Source: Dehalococcoidia bacterium
GTDB lineage: Bacteria > Chloroflexota > Dehalococcoidia > Bin125
Assembly (NCBI GenBank): GCA_963663895.2
Contig: CAXXRD010000001.1
Location: 448,001-512,000 of the forward strand
Length of the DNA: 64,000 bases
Direction of reading: 5' to 3'
The position numbers and the translations under genes are program-made. Shown here in pieces: positions 63,573-64,000 of this stretch. Numbering within the stretch: position 1 is the first letter of the stretch; every line of letters begins with the position of its first letter. The notes under the pieces are model-generated. The model had not been told where the DNA came from. It worked only from the letters and a program-made list of their open reading frames with translations, and ran no database searches.

Positions 63573-64000
63573 TTACGCGCGCCGTGGACCGCCACTTCCG
63601 AGCAGATCGCCACCGAAGAGCTGTCTCCCGGCGTCCGTCAGACGCGAAGGTGGCGCTGCCCGCCTGCTCGCCCGCCCACGCAGAGACGACCAGAGCAGGA
63701 CGAGCGTGAACAGCGCCGCCTGGACCAGTACGACCGTCGCCCCGGACGAGACATCGACAAACCAAGAGAGGTAGACCCCTAGGAAGCCGGTCAGGCCGCC
63801 GAGCAGCGTGGAGAAGATGACGAGGCGGTTGAAAGAATCGGTGAGCAACCGCACGGTGACGGGTGGAATGACGAGGGCGGCCGCGATCAAGGTGACGCCG
63901 AGCACCTGCAGCGAAGCGATGACCGTCGCCGCGAGCGCCAGGGAGAAGATCGCCTCGACCCAGCCCACGGGCACTCCATAGGAACGGGCCACGCCAGCGT
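63573..64000 (-). CDS. Metal ABC transporter permease (ZnuB/MntB-like), 3' part
   Basis: A...GV; VLGV.LI.A.LVIP; G.YLS...D..SGA.VV; runs off the window edge. Confidence 0.82.
   Translation of the reverse strand, partial: AGVARSYGVPVGWVEAIFSLALAATVIASLQVLGVTLIAAALVIPPVTVRLLTDSFNRLVIFSTLLGGLTGFLGVYLSWFVDVSSGATVVLVQAALFTLVLLWSSLRGRASRRAAPPSRLTDAGRQLFGGDLLGSGGPRRA

Overview
This is a high-GC bacterial window. Gene content (class F sortase, stand-alone NIL domain, tandem LLM monooxygenases, F420-type PPOX protein, an AGAAC-N4-GTTCT LexA-type box) suggests Chloroflexota/Dehalococcoidia, which is an inference. The main accessory region is a type I restriction-modification locus (2896-15342). It runs hsdM, a HEPN gene with an intact RX4HXY motif, then an MNT nucleotidyltransferase (GSX10DXD) fused in frame to HsdS. 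Four accessory cassettes follow (DUF2806+hypothetical; DUF433+PIN; HTH-ImmA/IrrE+DUF4411; inverted RHH+MazF), separated by decayed copies of the hsdR 5' end, before the intact hsdR. A second, low-GC island (53230-56990) carries an N6-methyltransferase/TRD protein with an apparently degenerate N-terminal nuclease-like domain plus a small His-motif partner, bounded by IS-end-like repeats. Other notable items are a candidate leader-peptide attenuator ahead of thrC-NIL, a His/Cys repeat microprotein beside a CDF transporter, and a tandem family of Cys-paired lipoproteins. The rest is housekeeping, repair and catabolic content (AddAB, Lhr, SRAP, HDG, acyl-CoA mutase, HACL/Oxc, CoA transferase, P450, LLMs). 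No rRNA, tRNA or CRISPR array was recognised. All family calls come from motif recognition by eye, not database searches.
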